Shown here: positions 26,001-37,875 of the stretch, in pieces
How the letters are laid out: each line of letters opens with the position of its first letter
How positions within the stretch are numbered: position 1 is the stretch's first letter
The notes under the pieces: model-generated
What the model saw: only the letters and a program-made list of their open reading frames with translations
Database searches by the model: none
Told to the model about the DNA's origin: nothing
Source: Eledone cirrhosa
Taxonomy: Eukaryota
Reading direction: 5' to 3'
NCBI GenBank assembly: GCA_964016885.1
Contig: OZ024753.1
Span: forward strand, 14,136,001 to 14,200,000
DNA length: 64,000 nt
Program-made: the position numbers and the translations under genes

Positions 26001-28078
26001 ACATAGATAATATCTTTCATTAGAAATATGGCAATGAAAGGGTTAATGACATAGACAGTGTCTTTCATTAGAAATAAGGTAATGAAAGGGTTAATGACAT
26101 AGACAGTGTCTTTCATTAGAAATAAGATAATGAAAGGGTTAATGACATAGACAGTGTCTTTCATTAGAAATAAGGTAATGAAAGGGTTAATGACATAGAC
26201 TGTGTCTTTCATTAGAAATAAGGTAATGAAAGGGTTAAAGACATAGACAGTGTCTTTCATTAGAAAGAAGGTATTGAAAGGGTTAATGACATAGACACTG
26301 TCTTTCGTTAGAAATATGGTAATGAAAGGGTTAATGACATAGACAGTGTTTTTCATTATAAATATGGTAATGAAAGGCTTAAATACATTGACAGTCTCTT
26401 TCATTAGAAATATGGTAATGAAAGGGTTAAAGACATACTGTCTTTCATTAAAAATATGGTAATGAAAGGGTTAATGACATAGACAGTGTCTTTCATTAGA
26501 AATATGGTAATGAAAGGGTTAATGACATAGACAGTGTCTTTCATTAGGAATCTGGTAATGAAAGGGTTAATGACAAATGGTATCTTTCATTAGAAATATG
26601 GTAATGAAAGGGTTAATGACATAGACAGTGTCTTTCATTAAAAATATTGTAATGAATGGGTTAATGACATAGACAGTGTCTTTCATTAGAAATATGGCAA
26701 TGAAAGGGTTAATGACATAGACAGTGTCTTTCATTAAAAATATAGTAATGAAAGGGTTAATGACAGACAGTGTCAATCATTAAAAATATGGTAATGAAAG
26801 GGTTAAAGACATAGACAGTGTCATTCATTAGAAATAAGGTAATGAAAGGGTTAATGACATAGACAGTGTCTTTCGTTAGAAATATGGTAATGAAAGGGTT
26901 AATGACATAGACAGTATTTTTCATTATAAATATGGTAATGAAAGGCTTAAATACATTGACAGTCTCTTTCATTAGAAATATGGTAATGAAAGGGTTAAAG
27001 ACATACTGTCTTTCATTAGAAATATGGTAATGAAAGGGTTAATAACATAGACAGTGTCTTTCATTAGAAATATGGTAATGAAAGGGTTAATGACATAGAC
27101 AGTGTCTTTCATTAGAAATATGATAATGAAAGGGTTAATGACATAGACAGTGTCTTTCATTAGGAATCTGGTAATGAAAGGGTTAATAACATAGACAGTG
27201 TCTTTCATTAAAAATATGGTAATGGAAGGGTTAATGACAAACGGTATCTTTCATTAGAAATATGGTAATGAAAGGGTTAATGACAGACAGTTTCTTTCAT
27301 TAGAAATATGGCAATGAAAGGGTTAACAACATAGACTGTCTTTCATTTAAAATATAGTAATGAAAGGGTTAATGACAGACAGTGTCAATCATTAGAAATA
27401 TGGTAATGAAAGGGTTAAAGACATAGACAGTGTCTTTCATTAGAGATATGGCAATGAAAGGGTTAATAACATAGACAGTGTCTTTCATTAAAAATATAGT
27501 AATGAAAGGGTTAATGACAGAGACAGTGTCTTTCATTAGGAATATGGCAATGAAAGGGTTAATGACATAGACTGTCTTTCATTAGAAATATGGTAATGAA
27601 AGGGTTAATGACAGTCAGTGCCTTTCATTAGAAATATTGTAATGAAAGGGTTAAAGACATAGACAGTGTCTTTAATTAGAAATATGGAAATGAAAGGGTT
27701 AATGACATAGGTAGTGTCTTTCATTAGAAATATGGTAATGAAAGGGTTAATGACACATTGTCTTCAATTAGAAATATGGTAATGAAATGGTTAATGACAC
27801 AGACAGTGTCTTTCATTATAAATATGGTAATGAAAGGGTTATTGACATAGACATTGTTTTTCATTATAAATATGGTAATGAAAGGCTTAAAGACATCGAC
27901 AGTCTCTTTCATTAAAAATATGGTAATGAAAGGGTTAAAGACATAGTGTCTTTCATTAGAAATATGGTAATGAAAGGGTTAATGACATAAACAGTGTCTT
28001 TCATTAGAAATATTGAAATGAAAGGGTTAATGACATAGACAGTGTCTTTCATTTGAAATATGGTAATGAAAGGGTTAA
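23082..28078. repeat. 48-bp satellite (~95 units) with higher-order structure
   Basis: Unit gtctttcattagaaatatggtaatgaaagggttaatgacatagacagt. Confidence 0.97.
23165..23506 (+). mobile_element. SINE family A inserted in the satellite
   Basis: Full-length copy; atgaaagg is repeated on both sides (23159 and 23505), a probable TSD. Confidence 0.92.
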
Positions 28079-28171
28079 ATGTTCATCAATATTAACAATT
28101 AAGAAATGAAGTAATTTATAAATCAATGAAAAATCTAAAAAGAAGAATGTCAGATTTTCCATTGATATTTT

Positions 28172-28847
28172 TGTGTGTATGTGACTCTGTGTTGTATCTG
28201 TGTCTGTTGTATGTGTGTATGTGACTGTGAGTTGTGTCTCTGTCTGTCTGAATCTGTTGTGTGTGTGCATGTGTGAGTGTGAGATTGTCTGATGTGTGTG
28301 TGTGTGTGTGTGTGTGAGACTCTGTTGTGAGTGTGTGAGAGAGACTGTCTGTTGTGTGTGTGTGTGTGTGAGACTGTCTGTAGTGTGTGTGTGTGTGTGA
28401 CTGTGAATGTGAGACTGTCTGTAGTGTGTGTGTGAGACTGTATGTGTGTGTGACTGTGTAGTATGTGTGACTGTGTAGTGTGTGAGTGTAAGACTGTCTG
28501 TTGTGTGTGAGTGTAAGACTGTCTGTTGTGTGTGTGTGTGAGACTGTTTGTTGTGTGTGTGTGTGTGTGAGACTGTCTGTAGTGTGTGTGTGTGAGACTG
28601 TCTGTTGTGTGTGTGAGACTGTGTGAGTGTGAGACTGTCTGTTGTGAGTGTGAGACTGTCTGTTGTGAGTGTGAGACTGTCTGTTGTGAGTGTGAGACTG
28701 TCTGTTGTGAGTGTGAGACTGTCTGTTGTGAGTGTGAGACTGTCTGTTGTGTGTGTGAGACTGTCTGTTGTGTGTGTGAGACTGTCTGTTGTGTGTGTGT
28801 GTGAGACTAGTGTGTGTGACTGTGTGTAGTGTGTGTGTGTGTGTGTG
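28172..28847. repeat. (GT)n-based compound repeat with a 21-bp gagactgtctgttgtgagtgt unit
   Basis: Directly visible. Confidence 0.9.
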
Positions 28848-29144
28848 ATGGAATATTTTACTAGGTTAACAAGAGACAGGTTACTTGGTTACAACTTGTA
28901 TTTTAAAACAAAACTTCTTACCTACTCTCTCTTTCTTTCTCTCCCTCCCCCCTCTCTCTATCTTTGTCTCTCTCTCATCCACTCCGTCTTTCTCCTTACC
29001 TCCCTCTCTCTCTTTCATAGACACATACATGGCCCTCTCTACCCCCTTTGCACTCTCTCTCTCTTTCCCTCTCTCTCTATCTATCTATCTATCTTTTACA
29101 AACAGAGACAGACATTATCACTCACTATCAGTCTAACCTTGATT

Positions 29145-29247
<103 letters not shown>

Positions 29248-29666
29248 ACCTCTCCCCTCTCTCTCTTGTGATAGTTAAGTATATGAATTTGATATTTCCT
29301 GAAACAAATTAATTAGTCAAACTAATTAACTAGCACACTCAGTACCAGTTATCTTATTTAATAGAAATATTTATATTTAATTAGTTGTAGGAAGGATTTC
29401 AGACAGGAAATAATGTCCTAATATATTTTCTTACCTTAACGACCTAACTAAACAATGAGTGATGCGTGTCTAACGATGACATAATTACAGCCACATTACT
29501 AGATTTGCTGTTATTATATAATGTGTGTGTATATATATATATATTGAAATGTTGGAGACCTCCAGCAGACAACTGAAGAGGGGACTGTCACTTGTTTGTG
29601 CTTTCCTTTTATTTCTAAATACACTTTATCAAGTAACCACACAGCCCCTTGTTTCTTCTAAATTTT

Positions 29667-29706
<40 letters not shown>

Positions 29707-29713
<7 letters not shown>

Positions 29714-29931
29714 TGTAATAAACAACATAAGGCAATTATTCCATTTACCAGTGGTTTCTTAAAAGCAAAAAAATGTTGCTTTCAATCCTCAGAATGAAAA
29801 AATCCTGGTCTGTTTTTCTGTAAAACAGACCAGGATTTTTTCATTCTGAGGATTGAAAGCAACATTTTTTTGCTTTTAAGAAACCACTGGTAAATGGAAT
29901 AATTGCCTTATGTTGTTTATTACATAACTAT
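29707..29931. ncRNA. Perfect 110-bp fold-back with mirror-image hammerhead motifs (plus copy 29840-29898)
   Basis: Arms 29707-29816 and 29822-29931. Motif ttcatt-CTGAGGA-ttgaaagcaa/ttgcttttaa-GAAA-ccactg-GTA-aatgga. Confidence 0.8.
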
Positions 29932-29993
29932 TAAGCTCTGTGACCTACATAGAGCACTCTTTTTTCCTGGACTTTTCCGACGGAATTACTTCA

Positions 29994-30048
<55 letters not shown>

Positions 30049-30052
<4 letters not shown>

Positions 30053-30378
30053 TCATTTTACGTCTGCTTTTCCCTGCTTGCAAGGGTGGGACGGGAACTG
30101 ATTCTGGCTTGATTTCTACAGCTGGATGCCCTTCCTAACACCAACCTCATTTACAGTGAGCGCTGGGTGCTTTTTTGCCGTGGCACCTCCATGACTACTT
30201 TGCAGTGGAATGATATGGACCCCAGTCCCTATCATCTCATTTCTACAGCTGAGTAAACTGGAGCAATGTGAAATAAAGTGTCTTGCTCAAGGAAACAACA
30301 CTTCACCCGGTCTGAGAATTGAACTCACAACCTTTCGATTGCAAGGCCAATGCTCTAACCACTAAGCCATGTGCCTCC
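30049..30378 (-). mobile_element. SINE family A
   Basis: Reverse complement of 48294-48634. Confidence 0.92.
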
Positions 30379-30602
30379 ACATATATAAATACGTTTAAAT
30401 TTGGTGGTTTACCGCTGGATAAAATTAGTCATTCTGCAATGTTAATCATGATGTAATATGAAATGAAGCACTCAACGTTATGCAACTCATCCATCTTTAA
30501 TGATGAATTATGTTGGTGGTGCAGGAGCGGAGTAAATGTATTATAAAGTGAAATGACAGGAGGCCAAATATGTTGAATTTCCTTAATTATTTATTACTGT
30601 AA

Positions 30603-30660
30603 ACACTATGCACATTTCAGTGGCCAGGTTGCATAAGAACCTGGTCTCATCTTCAGGTGT
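30603..30660 (-). ncRNA. Hammerhead motif, lower-coordinate unit of a 200-bp tandem pair
   Basis: acac-CTGAAGA-tgaga-ccaggtt/aacctgg-ccact-GAAA-tgtgc-ATA-gtgt. Confidence 0.7.
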
Positions 30661-30804
30661 AAATTGCATAATAGATGTATACCAACGAAATGATGGTAAA
30701 CCTTAAGAAAAGAACCAAAGAAAAAAAGTGTGTTTATATAGGTTTGATTAAAACAGCAGGAGGCCGGACTGGTAATGCTCCTTTAAAGATTTATTGTTGC
30801 AAAA

Positions 30805-30862
30805 ACACTGTATATATTTCAATGGCCTGGTTACATAAGATCCTGGAGACATCATCAGGTGC
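30805..30862 (-). ncRNA. Degenerate hammerhead motif, second unit of the tandem pair
   Basis: gcac-CTGATGA-..-GAAA-tatat-ACA-gtgt, with the cleavage-site U changed to C and mismatches in stem II. Confidence 0.55.
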
Positions 30863-30962
30863 AGATTGCATAATTAGTTAATCAGTAAAGGAATTACAGC
30901 ATACACTAATAGAAAAAATATTTAAGATTTTTTCAATCTGGCCTTCTGTGTTGTTCTAATGA

Positions 30963-31041
<79 letters not shown>

Positions 31042-31505
31042 CAGTTATACAGATGATACATACAAACTTAAACCTACAGTCAGTAGGCACCTCTTAACCG
31101 GATTTACACCCACCTCACACTCCCTACCCCATCCTCCCACTTCCATCCACTGTAAAGTGGTCGTGTAGGAGACGCGGTAAAAAGGCTCCCAGTCCACACT
31201 GTAAAGGGGTGGTTGGTGTTAGGAAGGGCATCCAGTCGTAGAAAACCTGCCAGAAACAGTTCTGTACGAGCCAGACATGGTCTCCCAACCAATCTTGCAA
31301 TCAAGTGGAACAAACCTGTCTAACCCATGCTAGCATAGAAGGACGGTAAACAGTGATGATGATGATATAGTCATTAGAACAACAACAGAAATTTGGACTG
31401 GAAAAGAACTTTAGAATTTGAATTCTTTAATTTCACGAAACAACAATACATATTTTGAGGGCCCAGCTCTATCATCTGATTATGATGCAAGACTAGATTT
31501 CATCA

Positions 31506-32316
31506 TTGTTTGTGGTCAAGTTGTTTGTGGCCAGGTTGTTTGTGGTCAAGTTGTTTGTGGCCAGATTGTTTGTGGTCAAGTTGTTTGTGGCCAGGTTGTT
31601 TGTGGTCAAGTTGTTTGTGGCCAGGATGTTTGTGGTCAAGTTGTTTGTGGCCAGATTGTTTGTGGTCAGGATGTTTGTGGCCAGGTTGTTTGTGGTCAAG
31701 TTGTTTGTAGTCAGGATGTTTGTGGTCAAGTTGTTTGTGGTCAAGTTGTTTGTGGCCAGATTGTTTGTGGTCAAGTTGTTTGTGGTCAGGATGTTTGTGG
31801 CCAGATTGTTTGTGGTCAAGTTGTTTGTGGCCAGGTTGTTTGTGGTCAAGTTGTTTGTGGCCAGGTTGTTTGTGGTCAAGTTGTTTGTGGTCAGGATGTT
31901 TGTGGCCAGGTTGTTTGTGGTCAAGTTGTTTGTGGTCAGGATGTTTGTGGCCAGATTGTTTGTGGTCAAGTTTTTTGTGGTCAGGATGTTTGTGGTCAAG
32001 TTGTTTGTGGCCAGGTTGTTTGTGGTCAAGTTGTTTGTGGCCAGGTTGTTTGTGGTCAAGTTGTTTGTGGCCAGGTTGTTTGTGGTCAGGATGTTTGTGG
32101 TCAAGTTTTTTGTGGTCAGGATGTTTGTGGTCAAGTTGTTTGTGGCCAGGATGTTTGTGGTCAGGATGTTTGTGGTCAAGTTGTTTGTGGCCAGGTTGTT
32201 TGTGGTCAGGATGTTTGTGGTCAAGTTGTTTGTGGCCAGGTTGTTTGTGGTCAGGATGTTTGTGGTCAAGTTGTTTGTGGTCAGGATGTTTGTGGTCAAG
32301 TTGTTTGTGGCCAGGT
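31506..32316. repeat. 15-bp minisatellite (TTGTTTGTGGYCARG), ~54 units
   Basis: Directly visible. Preceded by an interspersed repeat (31381-31496) that is also found at 47859-47962. Confidence 0.96.
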
Positions 32317-33261
32317 TTGTACCATGTTTGGTTCATGTTTATACCATTTGTCCATTTCTACATTGTTGACCTATTGCCAACTGGACACTGTTGCCAACTG
32401 TGTCTATATTCGTACCTGGCAATGATGTAATCAATCATCTCGTTATCATCATTAAAACATTCCACATTTTCTCTTGGCAACTGTTTTCATTTATTTTTTA
32501 TTTTTAATTGTTTCAACCAGACATTTCTATAATGATAATTATTTTTATGGCTTTGGGGATCGATTCAGGCATTGGCAGCACCAGTAGAGGGTCGGACGCC
32601 ATGCTTTAACGCATAGAGTTACGGCCCTTGCCTTTCATCCTTACGGGGTCGATAAAATAAAGTACCAGTAATGTACTGGGTAATTGCTGGCCTTGTGCCA
32701 AACGTAGAAACAATTATTATTATTATTAGGGTGGTGGTTTGGCAGTATCAGTAGAGCATCAGACACCATGCTTTGCAGCATAGAGTTACGTCCCTTTATG
32801 TTCTGAGTTCAAATCCCGCCAAGGTTAACTTTACCTTTCATCCTTACGAGGTCGATAAAATAGTCAATTGAACAGATACCTCTTTGTTTATTTTTCTCTA
32901 TGTACTGTCTTATATATATATATTTTTTCTTTTCACTTCAAAAACCTTGTTTGTAAATAACATTATTCTTTCTTCACCATTTCCTTAACATGTTCAACAT
33001 CACCAACATTTTACACCAATACAAATTCCCCCCTTTGATAATGCATAAAATGCTGAAACTGGTAATAGACAATTATTAAATATATAAATAAATAAATAAC
33101 TAAATGCCATTGTTAATTAATAAATAAATTAACTAATACCTTAACACTTCACACAAAGTAAAATATTTTGTTTTAAACATTTTCTAACCCAGAAAAAAGA
33201 GAACAAAATAAAAGGGAAAAAAAAAGATTTTTCTTCCTAATAATCGGCTTTTTCTCCCTAT

Positions 33262-33305
<44 letters not shown>

Positions 33306-33390
33306 AAAGTTATATTTAAAATTGTTGGGTTACAACTAGTAAATATTTATAACTGATATAAAAGCACTCGACAAATATTTGGAGTATATT

Positions 33391-33779
33391 TACAATATTA
33401 AATAAATGGAAACTATATTTATAAAACCATTTTTATTTCATTATATATATTTCGGGGATATCATATTAACAATATGCTATGCCTTCCTCAGACAAAATAC
33501 AATATAAACAGTTTTATAGATAAATAGATTTTCTTCGTTTTCTGTCTTTCTTTCTTTTTTCTCTCTTTCTTTCTCTCTGTGTAAAATTTTTTCACTGCCA
33601 GCTTAAACCTCTTCAAATGGAAGTCGGTGTTATAATGGTATGTCGAATCTATTTATCTATAAAACTGTTTATATTGTATTTTGTCTGAGGAAGGCATAGC
33701 ATATTGTTAATATGATATCCCCGAAATATATATAATGAAATAAATATGGTTTTATAAATATAGTTTCCATTTATTTAAT

Positions 33780-33785
<6 letters not shown>
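33391..33785. ncRNA. Inverted repeat (140-bp arms, 115-bp spacer) with mirror-image hammerhead motifs (plus copy ~33677-33742)
   Basis: Arms 33391-33530 and 33646-33785. Motif tattttgt-CTGAGGA-a-ggcatagcatatt/aatatgatatcc-cc-GAAA-tatat-ATA-atgaaata. Confidence 0.72.
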
Positions 33786-33824
<39 letters not shown>

Positions 33825-34003
33825 ATAATAATAAATATGAAGACTAAAATCCAAAGTATCGTCTTCCTGTCTTCCTTCGGTTGCAACGTTTTTTGAAATA
33901 TTTACTTCTGCGTTCACAGATTAACTTTTTTTAGTTTCAGAAGATCCCGTTAAGGGTAAAAGCAGCGATTCTTTGCTTAAACTTTAATCTGTTATTTTAA
34001 TAA

Positions 34004-34036
<33 letters not shown>

Positions 34037-34725
34037 TATACATATACATATTTACATGTAACTTGGAATTTCTATTATGGTTGTACAAATTATTGTAAAG
34101 TTTGTTAAAAAATTTGTTCTCTGTTCAACCTTTATTGTTGTAACTATCAATTTTCTTTAATGTACTGGCTGAGAAAAGAAACCTACAATGAAAGAACATC
34201 TTAAAGTTTACCCAGGACAAATGTTGTATTTATTAACATTTCTATATGCAGGTTCTTAGCAAGCTTACTGGCGCTTTAGTATGGTATTCAATTCTCATAT
34301 CGTTTTTGATTGATATGATGCATATATCGCAGCTATTTATATGTTTTAAACATTAGATAACGATTGTTGATGTATATAGTACGACAGAATTAGCTGAAAA
34401 ATATTTTGAATGAAAAGAGATTTAAAAGAGAGCTGTTTGTTGGTTGGCTCCTTCGCGTATCACACGAAAAAAACGAAAAGTGACAATCGGAAAGTATGTA
34501 CAGGATTGGGATAAGAGTATATCCAGGAAAGTTTATTGATACTAATTTTATAACACCAAAGAAGAAGAAAGACATACCACGTATGCTAACCAACCTGACT
34601 GCTATTTCTAGCAGGTTGAGAATCAACCATAAGGGATTCTCTCTGCGAGTATGTTGTCGGTGATGATCGTGTTTCGCGGCCTATGTCTCCGATTCCAACG
34701 GTGGCTTACACACACACACACACAG

Positions 34726-34787
<62 letters not shown>

Positions 34788-34926
34788 GCACATATGAACA
34801 CTCACATACACGCACATATATATATACACAAATACACATAAACATACACACACACACACTGTAAACAAGACAATGCATTCAATACAGACGTTTTCTCTTC
34901 TGCCGGTCTTCTCTTATCATTTGTTA

Positions 34927-34955
34927 ACCTTGGTAAAGCTGGGTACCTCAGCTAG
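34927..34955 (+). mobile_element. Helitron-like 3' terminus
   Basis: ccttggtaaagctggg..tcagCTAG|t(at)n resembles the termini at 19988 and 16808. The 5' extent is unclear. Confidence 0.45.
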
Positions 34956-34991
34956 TATATATATATATATATGTATATATGTATATATGTT

Positions 34992-35022
<31 letters not shown>

Positions 35023-35237
35023 TATGTATATATATATATATATATGTATGTATATATGTATATATATATATATATGTATGTATATATATATGTATGTATA
35101 TATGTATATATATATGTATGTATATATGTATATATATATGTATGTATATATGTATATATATATATATGTATGTATATATGTATATATATATATGTATGTA
35201 TATATGTATATATATATGTATGTATATATGTATATAT

Positions 35238-37200
35238 AACTTTGAACTTTGAATAACTTTGAAATGTTTTGGCCAGTATTGGCCCAGGCCATGTCTAACT
35301 TAATAGCACCACCTGGCGAAGTCTTTCAATTCAGGATTTGGGCACCATGGCCCATTCGAGAAGAGAATTACTGTTTGCGGAGACATATCCGGGTGTGGGT
35401 GGTTTGTCCGGGATTACTTGGAGGAATTTGTCCAAAGACTTCTTGAATTTTGTGTGGTCAGTTTCTGTTTTGACGTGTCCTGGTGTGATGTTGAAGAGAG
35501 CAGGGCCGATTGAGGTGAAATAATTGTGCCGTATTGTTGTTATGAGTTGCGATTTAGATTTTTGAATGGGACGGATAGCACGGGGCCCAAGCCTTGGGTG
35601 TATCTTGAAGGCGATGCCAACATCATTTGGGCAGTGATGATGGAACATTTTCCACATCATGCAGATAATATAACGCTCACGGCGACGTTGGAGTGAGTAA
35701 AGTTTCAGGTTTTCCAATCGACCCCAGTAGTCAAGGTCTGACATGCCATCTATCTTTTTCGTGATTGCCCTTTGAGGAGCTTCAAGTTTCATGATACTTT
35801 GTTTCGTGTGGGGAGACCACAGTGGACAACAGTATTCAAGGTGTGGTCAGGCGAAAGTAGAGAAGAGAAGGATAATGGTGCGGGAATCTCTCGACTGGAA
35901 GGTTCTGAGGATCCAGGAACACATTCTGCGGGCCATGTCAACTTTGCTGCTTATATGCGTGGTCCAGCTTATGTTGCTGTCCACGGTTACTCCCAAGTCT
36001 CTGATGTTGTTAGATGCCACGAGAGTTTCCCCGGAGGGAAGGGAGTACGGGAGTTTCAGAGCATCCTCTTTTCCAAAGTGGATCAGTTCGAATTTGTCTT
36101 CGTTCAGTAACATGTTGTTCTTTTCTGCCCATTGGGTAACAGCCAGTAGGTCTGACTGAAGGCTTATCCGGTCATCCACGCCATTGATGACCTTTTGGAG
36201 CTTGGAATCATCAGCGAAAATTTTAATGTTGCTGTGTTTGATGATGTCAGTGATGTCATTAATATAGATGATGAAGAGAAGTGGGCCCAACACAGTGCCT
36301 TGTGGGACTCCACTACTGACTTTGGCTGGGCTTGATTTGACTCCCTCAACTACAACATGTTGGGTTCTGTTTGACAGGAAGCTCTTGATCCACTGCAGCA
36401 GCTTTCCAGTGACACCAATATTGGACAGCTTTCTCAGTAGAATGTTATGATCAACCCTGTCAAAGGCCTTGCTGAAATCAAGGTAGATAACATCAGTGTT
36501 GGAACCCTCTCCCAAGGCTCTCAAAATGTCATCAAAGTGATGCAGTAGTTGCGTCAGGCAATCCCTTCCATTACGGAATCCATGCTGGTTGGAGTTCAGC
36601 ATATTGTTACTCTCAAGGAAGTGGGTCATTCGCGATCTCACCACTCGCTCAAATACCTTGATATGAGAGGTGAGTGAGATTGGACGGTAATTCACGGCAA
36701 GGGATTTGTTTCCCTTTTTGAAAACTGGGACAACAGACTGGGATAGAAGGTTTTCTGGCACATATCCAGCATCCAGTGAGTTCCGCCACAGATTGGCAAG
36801 AGGAGAAGCAAGTTGGTGTTGACACGCCTTCAAGACACAAGCAGGGAACCTATCGGGACCTACTGCTGAATTATGCTTGATTTCCTTTATTGCCGCCAAG
36901 ACATCAGGGGCGCCAAACGTTATGTCCGATAAGGTGTAATGGGGAGTAACATCGCCGATACAGCCCAGATCGGCCATATCAGGATTGCTGAAAACAGAGC
37001 AGTATTGTTTCTGCAGTATCTCACCCATGGTTTTAGCATTGTCTTGAAGAGTGCCATTTTCATCAATTAGCGGGCCAACAGTAGAGCCAGTGATTTTGTG
37101 TTTTTTTGCAAATGAAAAGAACACTTTGGGATTGAGTTTGATCTTCTCAATGGCCCAGGCCTCTTCAGCTCTTCTCTGATTGTTGATGAGGGACATTATG
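35238..37200 (-). mobile_element. 5'-truncated CR1/L2-group LINE, relatively young
   Basis: ORFs 35847-37196 and 35331-35792 are in the same frame, split by one TGA (Arg in the copy at 124-1851). RT motifs are intact, the tail is (TCAAAGT)n, and both sides are (TA/TATG)n. Confidence 0.95.
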
Positions 37201-37223
37201 TTGTTTTGGAGGTTATGTTTTTT

Positions 37224-37302
37224 ATATATGTATGTATATATGTATATATATATATATATGTATGTATATATGTATATATATATATATATGTATGTATATA
37301 TG

Positions 37303-37385
<83 letters not shown>

Positions 37386-37776
37386 GTATGTATATATGTA
37401 TATATATATGTATGTATATATATATATATATATGTATGTATATATGTATATATATATGTATGTATATATGTATATATATATGTATGTATATATGTATATA
37501 TATATGTATGTATATATGTATATATATATGTATGTATATATGTATATATATATGTATGTATATATGTATATATATATATATGTATATATGTATATATATA
37601 TGTATATATATGTATGTATATATGTATATATATATATATATATATGTATGTATATATATATATATATGTATGTATATATATATATATATGTATGTATATA
37701 TATATATATATATGTATGTATATATGTATATATATGTATGTATATATGTATATATATATATATATATATGTATGTA

Positions 37777-37819
<43 letters not shown>

Positions 37820-37875
37820 ATATGTATATATATATATATGTATGTATATATGTATATATATATATGTATATATAT
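37224..37875. repeat. (TA)n/(TATG)n microsatellite
   Basis: Directly visible; similar tracts at 21500-21940 and 34956-35237. Confidence 0.95.

Noticed and set aside
23405-27912. Hydrophobic 16-aa repeat ORFs (MKDTVYVINPFITIFL)
   Set aside because: Translation of the 48-bp satellite, repeatedly broken by 2-5 bp deletions and a SINE insertion.
29545-29590. GAAA-hairpin-CTGAAGA arrangement (permuted hammerhead)
   Set aside because: No UH cleavage site after the hairpin and no stem I.
31418-32430. Cys-rich keratin-associated-like CGQVV repeat protein
   Set aside because: A 15-bp satellite open in nearly all frames on both strands, with no coding bias.
33945-33972. cagaaga-t-ccc..ggg-t-aaaa, resembling the 5909 hammerhead layout
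   Set aside because: Two core substitutions and no stem I or III pairing.
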